Source of the DNA: Reclinomonas americana ATCC 50394
Lineage: Eukaryota
Direction of reading: 5' to 3'
DNA: 55,699 nucleotides
Assembly: GCA_048213135.1 (NCBI GenBank)
Contig: PS015069.1
Location: 91,198-146,896, forward strand
The translations under genes were made by a program, and so were the position numbers. Every line of letters begins with the position of its first letter. The stretch's first letter is position 1. The notes under the pieces are model-generated. The model worked only from the letters and a program-made list of their open reading frames with translations, had not been told where the DNA came from and did not search any database. Shown here piece after piece: positions 1-11,873 of the stretch.

Positions 1-116
1 CTCACTCTCTGCACTCTCCCTCCTCCCTCCTCCCTCCTCCCTCCTCCCTCCTCCCTCCTCCCTCCTCCCTCCTCTCCCTCCCTCCTCTCTCTCTCTCTCC
101 CCCTCTCTCCCCTCAG
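1..116 (+). repeat. (CCT/CT)n polypyrimidine tract ending in a CAG splice acceptor
   Basis: Almost pure C/T sequence for about 110 nt, ending CAG immediately before the first visible MKS1-like exon. Confidence 0.8.
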
Positions 117-2020
117 GTGAATCGACGAGCATCGGTGGCTGAGGCGCGCCGACTGGAGCGTCGATTGCAGCGAGGGCCGCCACGCACCACGATTTCCGTG
201 CCGACGACTCCAATCAAGAGGAGGAGTTTGGCGGCAGCTGGTGCAGACGGGGAGGAAGAAGAAGAAGAGGAGGGTGGCGAGCCGGCGTCTGTGAATGGTT
301 AGCAGGAATCGTCGAATCCTGCCCATCGCTCAGTGCCTCACTCGAAGCCGGCAGATGCTTCGCATGGACAGTCGCCGCAGCAGCTGTTGCCACACGATGA
401 GCATGCTGATGATGATGGAGAAGATGAAGGTGGTGTGGTGCGCGGTGAGCGTGCGGCATCTGCGGCGGCTGGTAATGACGGTGACGACGATGAGGAGCGA
501 GACGATGATCCCGAGCGACATGCGGGCAGTGAGAGTGGGTCGACCGATGGTCGCTTCGAGTATCCCACCACCACGCTGGTGTTCTCGTGGCAGGAAAAGT
601 GTTTTTCACCAGTGTTGCGTGTGCCTCTGCTTTGCTCGCACTTATCTCGCAGCAAGTGGTCTCACCCGTGAACATACAGTCAGGTGCTCAAGTACAAGAC
701 CATGGTCGGCGCGCACTCGACGCTGGATCGACGATTCATAGAGTCGGTGCAACAGTGCGTGGCAGAGTCACCCGACCCTCATTCCACAACGCACTCCCCC
801 ATTCACTCGTATGCACGCCGCGCAGTGCGTCGATCGAGGACTACGCAGAAAACCTGGTGATCTACACCACGGTGGAGGACGAGGGCTTTATCGACGACGA
901 CGAGATTCACATGCGGGTCTGCTCTCCTGACACACGCCGAACAACAACGTGGGATTGCGCTTCTCATCTCTCACACACACGCCACAGGTGCACACTGGTC
1001 TCGGCGACACGCCCCGCCCACTCGCCAAGGCACAATTTGAGCGCCGTCGGCGGCAGCGACTGGCAAACGCCGGTGGCGATCAGCACCAAGAGGCCGCGTT
1101 GCGTTTTTTTCTCCCCTCCCGCACCTCTTTGTGGCGGTGACTGATCTGAGTGCCTACAGCGGAGGGCGCGCTGATGGTGACGGCGAGGGCGGTGGTGGTG
1201 TGATTGATGTTGACGACGAGAGCAACTCGTCGTACATGTATGTGCGTGTGGCGGTCGGCACACTGCGGTTGCGTATTGCACGAAAAACACACACTCTCTC
1301 TCGGTCATTTCCGTCGTCTCATCGCGACCGTGGCACAGTGACACCAACTCGACGCACCCGTGGTGGGACGGCTCAGAGCACACGCTGTGCTTGCTGCAGA
1401 GTTCGGGTGACGGATCGCTGGTCTCACGAGTTGCGCGCTCCGCGAGTGCCATCTCCGTGCCATTTCACTCACCCTCCCTGGCAGCCTGGTCTGTCCAACT
1501 TTGAGCTCCTCATGGTGGACCAGGACGCTGTCGGTGCCGGCGTGCGCAGCAGCGCGGCACCACCACCACCACGTTCAATGAGTGCCGTGTCGGGTGCTGA
1601 TGCGCCGACCGTGCCGGGAGTGCGCTCGTACCACTTTGTGACACCCAACGGCGATGAGTACGAGTACACGGTGGAGCTGGTGGCCACGGACGGGCATCAC
1701 GGACGCCTGCAGACGATGCGATTGCATGCGTTTCGCGAGCTGCAGGAACGGTGTGTTTGTGACATGCGCGCACACGCTGAAGTCCTTCTCGCTGCTGACG
1801 CACGCACACGCACACAGCATGTTCAACAAGAGTCGCAATCTCGCGCCCGACGGCTTCACACCACCACCCGCCCTCGGCCAAGTGCGTGTGCATTTCTCAG
1901 GGGAGCTCGTGTGTGCCCGTGATTTCGACGCGGGCGAGAGTCTGTTGCGTGCGCAGCCGTGTGTGTCTTGCTTGTGATGTTGCCTGTCCCTGTCTCTCGC
2001 TCGCCTGGTGCGCGCGCTGA

Positions 2021-2101
<81 letters not shown>

Positions 2102-4068
2102 TGTTGCCTGTGTCCCTATGTCTCGCTCGCCTGGTGCGCGCGCTGATATCTGTGTGTGTCACAGATTCGTGCGCATGCACCTGGAGGTTCCCGCACACTG
2201 GCACGCGGCGAAACGCTCTTCACCGCCCACGTGCACCACACAGTGCGTGCGATGCAACGACAGCGACGTTTTCCACTTTTGCTTCCCGTTCGAGTACGGC
2301 TTTGTTGTGCCCATCAGTGCGTCTCCTCACTCCCTCCCCCCACTCCATCCCTCCGTGAGTTACCAACTCTATATGTAGGCTCCACGGACACACCGCACTT
2401 GGTGTTTGAGTGCTTCTCGGTGGATTCGTGGGATCGACAGCGTGCGGTCGGGTACGCGCAGGCCGAGCTCCCCGCCACCCCCGGTCGGTACGTGCTGGAG
2501 GTGGCCACGTGGCGGCCGGTGGGGTCGGTGCGCGACCGCGTGCGCGATTTTTTCCTCGGCTCCACCCTCCGCCTCAGCGACCCTGCATACGCTTATCGGC
2601 AGGAAAAGTATGCAGACGTGAGTATTGAGATGGTGGTGATGGTGGTGGTGGCGTGTCATCATGCTTGATTTCTCACGACACATCGCGGGGGCGGGGCAGT
2701 ACAATCCGGACGATCGGTTTGGCTTCGTCACGGAGCAGTCGGGTGAGTTGCAGCTGCGCCTGTCCACAGTGGTGCATCGGCAGCCGGAGAGGAGGCCGAC
2801 GGTGCAGGGTGGGTTGCTGGCGATGATTGCTGAGAGGGCGAGGTGAGGGGATGATGGGGGAAGGGGAAAGGGGAAAGGGGAAGAGAGTTAGCATTGTCTT
2901 ATGTTAGTTCTGTGTGTCGCGTCTTTGCTGTTGTCGGTGATTTGTCGTTTCTTCCTTGTTCGTCGCCTCCGTCGCCGTGCACCTGGTTTTGCGTTGCATT
3001 CGACGACTCGTGATCTTTCGACTCGTCTGTGTACCTCTGTGCAGCTGAGTCTTGCTGGTGATATTCTGAACATTTTCATCGCCTCTGTGCACTTTGCTGC
3101 ACTCGATGATTCCTTGTCGTCTGCTTCTCGTCTGTTGCTCCCTCGCCGTGCATCCGGACGCACTGGGGTCTTGTTGGTGGTTTCTTGTCACATTGTTATC
3201 TGCAGACATGTTGTTGTGCTCTTCGTCATTACGTTGCTTTCTGGTCACTTCTTCATTGCGCCGACTGCATCACCTCTGTATCCTGCGACTGAAAGATATT
3301 GGTCTGTATCTTGTCTGTCGCTTCATCGCTGTGCTGCTGGTGGCGATTTTCTGTTGGACTAGATCGCTTCTTGTGTCTGTCGCACGACCACTGCATCCGG
3401 TGGCACTGAAATGTGTTTGGTTACTGTTACTAGTGTCTTTCTCGCCGATTGCTTCATCGTCGTGCATGCCACTTCGTGCTCTGGTTTTGTTGATGATCTT
3501 CTGATCCCTCCTTTTTGTATCTGCTGCACCACTACTGTGCATCCTGTGACACCGGAGACCCGTTGGTTTCTGTTTGTTGTCCCGTTCTTTTCTTCGAAAC
3601 TGGTGACTTGCAGTTGCGCCTTCTGTGTCGCCGATGTGCGTGGAGTTTGTTCTCTCGTCTCTTTCTTGTCGCTATCGCTTCATCGCCGTGTATCCGATTT
3701 CGCATTCGCTGACGACGCAACAGCCCTCTTGTCGCTTTTGTGCACATGCTGCATCGCCACTGTGGTCTTTGATCGTTCTTCTTTTGTGCCTGCTGCATCG
3801 TCTCGTTTTTCTTGAGTTGTCTTCTGTTGATTCTGTGCCCACCCCCTCTCACCACCTTTCGCTCGTCGCTGCGCAGACTGGCCGGCTCGACACTGTTCGC
3901 GCCGCGCGACTCCACCACGCAGCTGACGGGCGACGCCGGTGGAGGTGCTGCGGCCATCAGTGCGCTCACTCGGTTTGTTGCTCGGCCTCCTAGCTTGCAC
4001 AGCGCGGCATTAACTCACCGCGACGTCAACGCAGGCGCATCCGCACGTCCATTCGCGAGGAGGAGTGA
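117..4068 (+). CDS. MKS1: B9-domain ciliary transition-zone protein, MKS1-like (5' partial, about 14 exons)
   Basis: Spliced product includes FSWQEKCFSP, EHTLCLLQSSGDGSLVSRP, and the B9/C2 domain VRVHFSGELVCARDFDAGESLFVRMHLEVPAHW...FHFCFPFEY...PHLVFECFSVDSWDRQRAVGYAQAELPATPGRYVLEVATWRP...RDFFLG...RFGFVTEQSGEL. The 3' exons after the 2843-3876 intron are less certain. Confidence 0.85.
1974..2160 (+). repeat. Intronic (GT)n microsatellite flanked by a duplicated ~55-nt unit
   Basis: (GT)n at about 2025-2100; gatgttgcctgt...ctcgctcgcctggtgcgcgcgctgat occurs on both sides of it. Confidence 0.9.
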
Positions 4069-4143
4069 CGCTCGTCGCTGCGTCCGCTCCGTCCGTTTCT
4101 GTCACGTGTCCATTTCCACATTTCCTCTCTTTTGCCATCGATC

Positions 4144-4503
4144 ATGAGCGGAGACGGCGCCTCCTCGGCCAGCAGTAGCAGCAGTCGCTCCATTGGCTTC
4201 ACCCGATTCTACCACGAGCACTTTCTGGCCGAGCACAGCCACCCCGTCAACGTCGCACTGCATGTGTTCGGAACGGTGCTGAGTGGCGCGGTGCTGCTGA
4301 TGGCGCTACTGTATGGTCCACTCTGGATGGCCCTCTTGTACCCGCTCCTGCACGTGGGGCCGGGCCTGCTGGGGCACTACCTGTTTGAGCCCAATGCACT
4401 TGTCGGCAGTGTGCGTGTGACGCGCAAAGATTTCCCGCTGCGCTGGTTCCTCGCCGGCAATCATGTGATGTTGTGGCGTCTGGTGACGAAAGGGCGGCGC
4501 TAA
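4144..4503 (+). CDS. DUF962 / Mpo1-like small membrane protein, intronless
   Basis: FxRFYxxxFLAEHSHPVNVALHVFGT...GHYLFEPN motif pattern with hydrophobic segments. Confidence 0.8.
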   Translation: MSGDGASSASSSSSRSIGFTRFYHEHFLAEHSHPVNVALHVFGTVLSGAVLLMALLYGPLWMALLYPLLHVGPGLLGHYLFEPNALVGSVRVTRKDFPLRWFLAGNHVMLWRLVTKGRR

Positions 4504-4606
4504 TGGAGAGAGAGGGAGAGAGAGAGTGTGTGTGATTGAATGATGAATGATGTTCACTGGCGATTCCTTGTCTCACACGCACTCGCCATTGCGCATACTG
4601 GTGTTC

Positions 4607-5011
4607 TCACTGAGAAGACGAAGAGGAGGAGCCCTCGCCGGGCATAATGGCACGCGCAGCGGCGCGTGCTGTGACTGCGGTGGTGACACCCACTGCAGCC
4701 TTCACCAACACGGGAGCTCCCAAGACGCCCCACGACTGCAGAAAGGGAACGGCAACGCCAACTACCGGGCCCACAATGGCCTTCGTGGCGGCAGCTGACA
4801 TTATCTTCGAAGCAACGGAACCGGCGGCAACGCCAGCGGTGGTGAAGCCGGCGGCTCCAATCGCCACAGGGAGCACAACGCCGCCAGCCAAAACGCCGAT
4901 TGTCGTGTATGGATACTCCTTGACAGTGCGGAATGCATAACCACCGGCGGCCGACAGTCCATTGCCGACATAACCACCGGCGGCCGACAGTCCATTGCCG
5001 ATTGTCTCCAT
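4607..5011 (-). CDS. IFI6/IFI27 (ISG12)-family small hydrophobic protein, intronless
   Basis: LPVAIGAAGFTTAGVAAGSVASKIMSAAA...LQSWGVLG matches the ISG12 motif GFTxxGIxAGSxAAxMMS...LQSxG. The N-terminal GNGLSAAGGY is duplicated (33-nt repeat at 4937-5001). Confidence 0.85.
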   Translation of the reverse strand: METIGNGLSAAGGYVGNGLSAAGGYAFRTVKEYPYTTIGVLAGGVVLPVAIGAAGFTTAGVAAGSVASKIMSAAATKAIVGPVVGVAVPFLQSWGVLGAPVLVKAAVGVTTAVTARAAARAIMPGEGSSSSSSQ

Positions 5012-5303
5012 GTTTATCGCTCGCAACGTGTGTGATAATGTGAGGGGGGACGATGAATGTGGTCACGGAGAAATGCCTATTTCTCGTCGTGTTTCATGTC
5101 GTGTTTCTCGTCATGTTGCATCTCTCGTCGCGCGCCACAAATAGACTGCCGCGTCTGGCCATTGCACGCGTGCGGTGGAGTGGAGGGTGCAGGAACACGT
5201 GGTGCACGCAGTTTCCGCCATGAAACAAAACCTGTCATGTCCGACAGCGATAAATAGTCGGGGCTCCACGCTGAGTTTCCGTGTTTTTCTTCAACCTTCA
5301 TTC

Positions 5304-7027
5304 ATGAGCAGAGTGTGTGTGGTGTGTCTTGTGTGTGTCGCGCTTGTCGTGTTCCTCTCTCTTGCAAGCGCAGGCGTGTGTGAACGAGAGGAACTGTCGA
5401 GCAGCAATGGTGTGACAGAGCCCACTCTCTTCTCACACACACATACACTCTCCTGTGTGCGTGTTCTCACTTGTCGACTCGTGCGCGCAGAGGAGACTTT
5501 CAACGCGGAGAGCTATTGGCACATCGTCAAGACCAAGTGCACCACTGTCAGATTCCATCCGTGGTGGTTGATATCGATCAAGAGCAAGAGCAGCGACTCA
5601 AAAGCCGGCGAGCCAACCACCACCACGAACAGCAGCACCTCCGACTCAGCAGCAACGGTGAGGGCCACGCTGCTTTCGTACCTTTCCGTCACTGCGATGG
5701 TTGCCATATTCTTCTCATTGGCATTGTTGAGCATGCAGATGATGACGACTCTCTCAGCGAAGATGAGCAAGTGGGCATCGGACGCTGCCCAGTCGTGGCC
5801 ATGGATGCGTACGAGCGAAGCGCAAAACGAGTCGGCAACTGCAGGCAATGCCACCACCAAAACCAGCAACGGTTTGAGCTGTTTACGTGCCTCCTCTTCA
5901 TCAATCTGCTCACTCGTCTTGCAGAGGGCGCTGAGACATCCTCCGCATCCTTGCTAGACTGGCCCGGCGCCGTCTGGGATGCAGGCATGAGAATGATGAA
6001 CGGTGATTCGAAAACCGAGAGAGCGACAACCACTCATGAAACCAGCGATGGTTTGCAATTGGGGTCCAGTCTCCATATGCATCGTCATTGCGTGTTGTCG
6101 GTCTCACTCGCCTTTGCTGTGCAGTGAAGACTTCCGAGTCTGTTGAGGAGAGAGTTGTGGACGCTTCCGATAGCCAGGCAGCGCACGTGGTGGTGCCAGT
6201 TGAGAGCGACGACAAAACCGGCGTTGATGGTTTGGCCATCGTATCGGCCGTCTGCATTTCCCGCTCTCACTCGCCATGCAGAGAGTACTGCTACCTCGTT
6301 CTTGACTGACGGGTTGGCTGCCTTCTGGGACACAGCCAAGAGTCGCGCCGCAGAATATGTGAACTTCCGTGCGATTACGACCGCCACGGCCGATACCGAT
6401 CGCAGCGAGAATGGTTTGCCTGTCCCCAGCAGCTCCATGTGTGCACCATCATTCCTCACTCGCCACTGGTGCATGCAGGAGGCTCAGGGATCTGCGCCAT
6501 GCGAGACCTGTTCACTGAACTTTCTGTGAGCCAAACATCGCCTGCGCGGCCAAACGCTGTCGGAGCGACAGTCGTCGACTCGACCAATGGTTTGCGCCTT
6601 GTTCACTTCCGTGTTTCGTTGCACAGCATGATCGCCTTGCACACAACTCACTGCGTTGCATGTACGCGCAGGGACCTTTGTGTACGTGCGCAGTCGTCTC
6701 ACCGACGCCGGCAAGTACGCATGGGACTTGGCCATGCAAGACCCATGCTTAACTGCCGGCGTCGTAGTGAGCTTTGCTGGTGTTCCCCTACTAATCCATG
6801 TCACTGGGTTCGGAACCGTGGGCATCGCTGCTGACAGCATCGCGTCAGCGATGATGTCGCTGGCCGCAACCACACCTTATGCGTTGCAAAGCACGATCCT
6901 CCAATATGCGGTATCAAAACTGCAGTCTGTTGGTTCCGTGGGCATCTCGCTGGGAGGGAAGTTTGTCATTCTCTCGGCAGTGACTGCTGCGTGCCGCAAA
7001 CTGACGTCGACGTCGTCGACTGCGTGA
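5304..7027 (+). CDS. Signal-peptide protein with Ser/Thr-rich modules and a C-terminal ISG12 (IFI6/IFI27) domain; 8 exons
   Basis: Exons 5304-5409, 5491-5657, 5739-5871, 5925-6050, 6125-6229, 6282-6413, 6479-6589 and 6672-7027 splice in frame with GT-AG introns. N-terminus MSRVCVVCLVCVALVVFLSLASA; last exon GFGTVGIAADSIASAMMS...LQSVGSVG. Confidence 0.75.
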
Positions 7028-8078
7028 ATCATGATCTAGCGGCGCCTTCATGAACCTATGAATTGGTGCGGTGACACTGTGTACTTTGGATGCTTCGCCA
7101 AATAAAGCCATTTTAGAGAGAAGGAGCAGACAGCAACGCACGTTGCCACCACCACACCTTCATTCCCGCTCAGTTGCTGCTCGAGATCTGCTGCCGACTG
7201 TCCGCGGCCGAATCCACCGGCATTCGCGCTCTAGATCTGCGCATGCGTGCATCAGTCCTCCGCCGGAACACAAACGACGTGCACGTGTCGCGGAACCTTG
7301 GGTGACGCGCTCCTGCCCGCAAATAGTCGCGACCGGTGCGTCCACCGAGTATCCCATACGGCCATGCACTGCAGACGATCCACCGACAAGCCGAAACAAT
7401 CGATTCGATCTCGCCCACTGCCCGTGCCGGATCCCCGCGACTGGGTGTGCCGGATCCGAGCGCTGGCGCGCTGTACACGTCAAGTAAGATCACACTTTTT
7501 GACCTGTCGATTCTCGTTAATATTTTGGATATGGTTGGACTTGGTCATCAAGACGCATGTGTGATATCGATATCGATATCGATCAATATCACTCACGAAA
7601 TTTGAACGCTCAGCGTGCATGCGTGCCTACGCAGATATAATTGCGCACACACAGACTGCTGCCGTCATGCCGTAACGATTTGTGTCTGTGTTGATGACAC
7701 GGACGCAGAGTTTGGTTGCGGGGGATGTTTCGTGTTTGATGACGACTTTTGTTCGGAAGCGCAAAAACACGCATCAGAACGAGACCGCTGTGGTTCTGAG
7801 CGTGGGCATTGGACGAAGTGTAATCCTCCTGGCGATGTACAACGCAGCGACGGTCATCGTTGATGAGAGTAATCACTTTTTTGATGCACTTGATGCAACC
7901 GACGCTGGCGTCCGGTTTTTATAGGCCGGAATTGCTCTTCTTTCATCACACACTTTCTTTTAGCCGTCTGTGAGCGCAGACAACCACCACCCTCTTTCTC
8001 CCTCACCTCCCCTCCCACTCCCTCCACACTACACCACACACACCACACTCCACCACACCAGCGCTGCGCACCGATATC

Positions 8079-8563
8079 ATGATGCATACGCATCGCATTG
8101 CAACTGCGGTCGCGCTTGTCGCCCTCCTCCTCGCCCTCGCCTTCACCACCGCGGCCTCCGCACATGAGTTTCGTCTTCCCTTTCCTCCACCTTCTCCCTT
8201 CTCCTCCTCCCTGCTGACACCGCCTTCACAGAGTGGAGATCGAAGCCACCTGCTCGCCCGCCTGCGGTACGAACATGGTCTGCGCCTCGACCAACGTCTG
8301 CGTCTGCAAATCCGGCTACACCAGCGTCAACAACGTCTGCACGCCCGTGTGCACTCCGGGCTGCGGCGTCGGCACCTGCACCGCCCCGCAGTCATGCACG
8401 TGTCCCGCCAATTGGACGCCGTACGTGATTGCCGGAACGTGTCAGCCCAACTGCTACGGTGTCGGTGGACCTTACTTTGCCACCTGGGGCGCCGTCTCAC
8501 TCGGCACCACTACGGCCTCGGTCAATGTGCAGCCAAGGTGCGGAGATTCTCTGTCGTTGTCTT

Positions 8564-8601
<38 letters not shown>

Positions 8602-11600
8602 NNNNNNNNNNNNNNNNNNNNGCCATCTCGGCGCGCATCAGCATTGCTGGCACGTCGCTGGGTGGTGCCTTTGGTGCCGCGGCGCCGACCATCTACTCGG
8701 CCTCCAACCTCACCCTCACCATCGGCAGCATCACGCCGCAAGACCCCAGATCGGCCACCGCCGTGCTGCCGCTGAGTCGGGCGCTCGTGATCACCGTGGT
8801 CTCGTCGGCGGTGGCGCCCGCCAACACTGGCCTGGCGATTCTGCAGTCGTCGGCCGACGACGCTCCTTTTGTGCCGTCGACCACGTCGCCCAGCGTGTGC
8901 ACGCTGTCGACGACGAGCACGGTGTCGCGGTGCACGGTCACCGGCCTGTCGGGTTTCGGCAAGACCTACAACTTCCAGGCGCAGGTGGTGACGGCCAACA
9001 CGGTGGGCCCGCTGAGCCCGACGGTGGCTGGCGAAACGGCCCTGGTGTGCGCGCAGAACTCGTCGTGTTCCGGCGCCTCCACCGCCAAGTACCGCACCAT
9101 TGACGGCTCGTGCAACGCGATTAGCTCGTTTGGCGGCTTCAAGGGCGCCGCCTGCTCCGACTACTACCACGTGTTCCACTTTGAGTTGCGTGCGACTGCG
9201 CGGAAGAGAGAGAGAGAGGGAGAGAGAGTAATGCGGAAGCTGACTATTTTTTATGTTTGTGCAGCTACTCGTGCGATGCCAACTCGGGCTTCCTGAGCGG
9301 CATGTCGGGCCAGGCTGCGCCGAACAAGTGCGCCCTGTGCAACTGGTTCGACTCGCCGGCCAACACACCGGCCGCCATTCGTAACATCAAGCCGCCGCTC
9401 CCGCAGTGCGGTCCCGCCGATGTGCCGCCACCGCGCCCGCCGGCTCGCTTCATCTCCAACGCCGCCTGCAGCCAGCCGCCGGGTGTCGAAGTCAAGAATC
9501 GTTGCGTGCTCTCTTGTGCAGTGTACATGTGCATTCGTAAGTTGACTGACGTTTCTCTGCTTGCAGGTTTTGGTCTCACCAACAGTTGCGCCCCCGTCGA
9601 CGCCTGCTGCCGTACACACCCTCCTTGCCAATCCTCACCCTTCTCTTCTCAATGCGCAGTGTTCTGGGCATTTGGCCAGTTTGTCGCGCAGTTGAGTGCC
9701 CCACCACCCTCTCCCCCGTTCCCTGCATTCACCCTCTCTGGTTTCTCATCACACCCACCCACCCACAGCGACATGGATCTGGCTCGTCGTGAGACACGCA
9801 CCATCAACAAGGGCACGAGCCCGCTGCCGGCGCGCGCTCCGATCGCCGTCGACCCGAACGACCCGATGAATGCGCCGCTCATGTGCAACGGTGCCATCTC
9901 GGACATGCCGTTTACTCGCAGCTTCAACATGATGCAGTTGTCGGCCGACGACGAGACCATCCCAGTGCAGACCAACGTGGTCACGCACTTTGCCGATGGT
10001 GAGCACCGTTTTTTGCTCGTTCTGCGTTGTGTCTTCAGGTTTCTCAACCCTTGTACATACCACAGCCTCGACGGTCTACGGAAGCGACTCATACCGCTCT
10101 GCTGGACTCCGCACCTTCTCCGGTGGTCGCATGAAGACTTCTACTTCGGCGAACAACGTCGACGGCCCGCTGCTGCCGGTGAACACGCAGGGACTTCCGA
10201 ACCAGCCCGACGACAGCGCCAACTTCTTTGTGGCCGGTGACGTCCGCTTGTCGGACAACTTGCCGATCATGGCGCTGCACACGCTGTTCGTCCGCGAACA
10301 CAACCGCATCGCCGACTGCGTCAACCCGGCCGTGTTGCCGATCCCAGCGAGCTGCGGTGCTCTCGGTACCTTCCGCACCAACCTGCCGGCGGCCCCCACC
10401 GATGAGCAGATCTTCCAGTACGCCCGCCACCTCCTCATTGGCTCGTACCAGAAGATCGTGTTTGTCGATTTCCTGAGCAAGAGTTGCGCGCCCCATCTTT
10501 CTCTTCCTCTTTTTCTCTGCACTCACTGTCTGTTCGTTTTCGCGCAGTCTTCTACTACAACGCACCGGCTGTGAACGGCAAGGTGCCGACATTTGTCGAC
10601 GACTACACTGGCCCCGACACCATGGAGCCGAACCCGCGCATCCGCAACGAGTGGGGCCACAGGTACTGTTGTGCACGCGACGCATGTGTTGGGCTTTGAC
10701 CGATCCTCGGTCGCTAATCTCCTGACACACGCACAGCGCCTTCCGTCTGCACTCACTGGTGTCGGAGACCGTGCCCTTCAAGGCGGCGCCGTCGGCTACC
10801 GATCCCGACCCAGCAATTGTCAACATGTCGCTTACCGACGCGTTCTTCCAGACGGCGGCGACTTCGTCGCTGGCGTCGCAGGGCATTGGGTCGTTGCTGC
10901 GTGGCTTGGTGAGTGTTTTCTAAGCATGCGTTCGTGCGTGTCAAGTGTCTAACATTTTGAGTTGCTTGCTGCAGTCCAAGACCTACGCCCAGGAGCGCGA
11001 CACCAAGGTGGTCCACCCGCTGCGCAACATGAACGTGTGCCAGTACGGCATTCTGTTCGATTTGGCGGCCTTCAACATTCAGCGCGGTCGCGACCATGCT
11101 CTCGCCAGCTGGTGGGAGGCACAGCAGCAGTCGGGTCTCACCAACAACAACAAGATCTACTCGTACACCGACATTACGAGCGAGCGCCCGCGCTCGTGCT
11201 CCAAGGACTCCGATTGCGGCGCCGGCAACACTTGCTTCGCCGCCACCAAGACGTGCTCGTGCACTTTCGACCGCGACTGCCTCCCCGGCAACCCGGGCCA
11301 GTGCAACACGCAGACCAAGACCTGCGGCACTCCGTTTGCCGACAACCTGCGTGCGGCCTACGGTCAGACGCAGTACACTGCGGCTCAGGGTGAGTGACTG
11401 ACTGTGTGAGCGCTGATGGTCGATTTCCGTATTCTCATTGTGCGCAACACACAGATCCCGATGGCCCCGGTGTCTACGACAATATCAAGTTGGTCGATCT
11501 GTGGATGGGCATCATGTCGGAGGCTCCGTACGCCAACAGGCCGACTCCGTTTGGCTCGACGCACTACTGGATTCTGCAGACGCAGTTCCGCGAGTCGCGC

Positions 11601-11873
11601 GACGGCGATCGCTACTTCTACCTTGGTGAGTGGGCGCGCAAGCGAGAGAGTAACCACAAGGCAGTGACTGACTCTTCTCTCGCATCAACAGCTCCGAACG
11701 TCTTCAACGCCGCCGAGCTCAGCTGGATCAAGTCGCGCAGTCTGCCCGCTGTCATCACCGACAACCTGTCGAACTGCTCGGGTGCCGCATGCGACATCCC
11801 CGCCGACGTGTTCCAGATGGCGCCGCCCCCGCCGACGGCTGGTGGCGTGCCCGTGCCGCCGACTTCGATGTAA
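8079..11873 (+). CDS. Secreted heme peroxidase (peroxidase-cyclooxygenase superfamily) with N-terminal EGF-like and FN3-like modules; copy A
   Basis: Signal peptide and Cys-rich EGF repeats, followed by YRTIDGSCN, PPARFISN, MFWAFGQFVAHDMD, THFADASTVYGS, GDVR, HTLFVREHNRIA, AFRLHS, DLAAFNIQRGRDH, VDLWMG and QFRESRDGDRYFY. A 20-N gap lies in intron 2. Confidence 0.93.

Noticed and set aside
2901-3815. Hydrophobic ORFs resembling membrane proteins (also 54754-55494, 42322-43056)
   Set aside because: They are translations of T/C-rich intronic repeats.
7071-7924. Short ORFs between the ISG12 gene and the peroxidase
   Set aside because: No recognisable motif or consistent splice structure; left unannotated.
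8164-8233. Apparent non-canonical AT-AG intron (ATGAGT donor) in the peroxidase
   Set aside because: A GT donor at 8168 (GTTTCG) with the acceptor at 8231 gives an in-frame AHEVEIEA.
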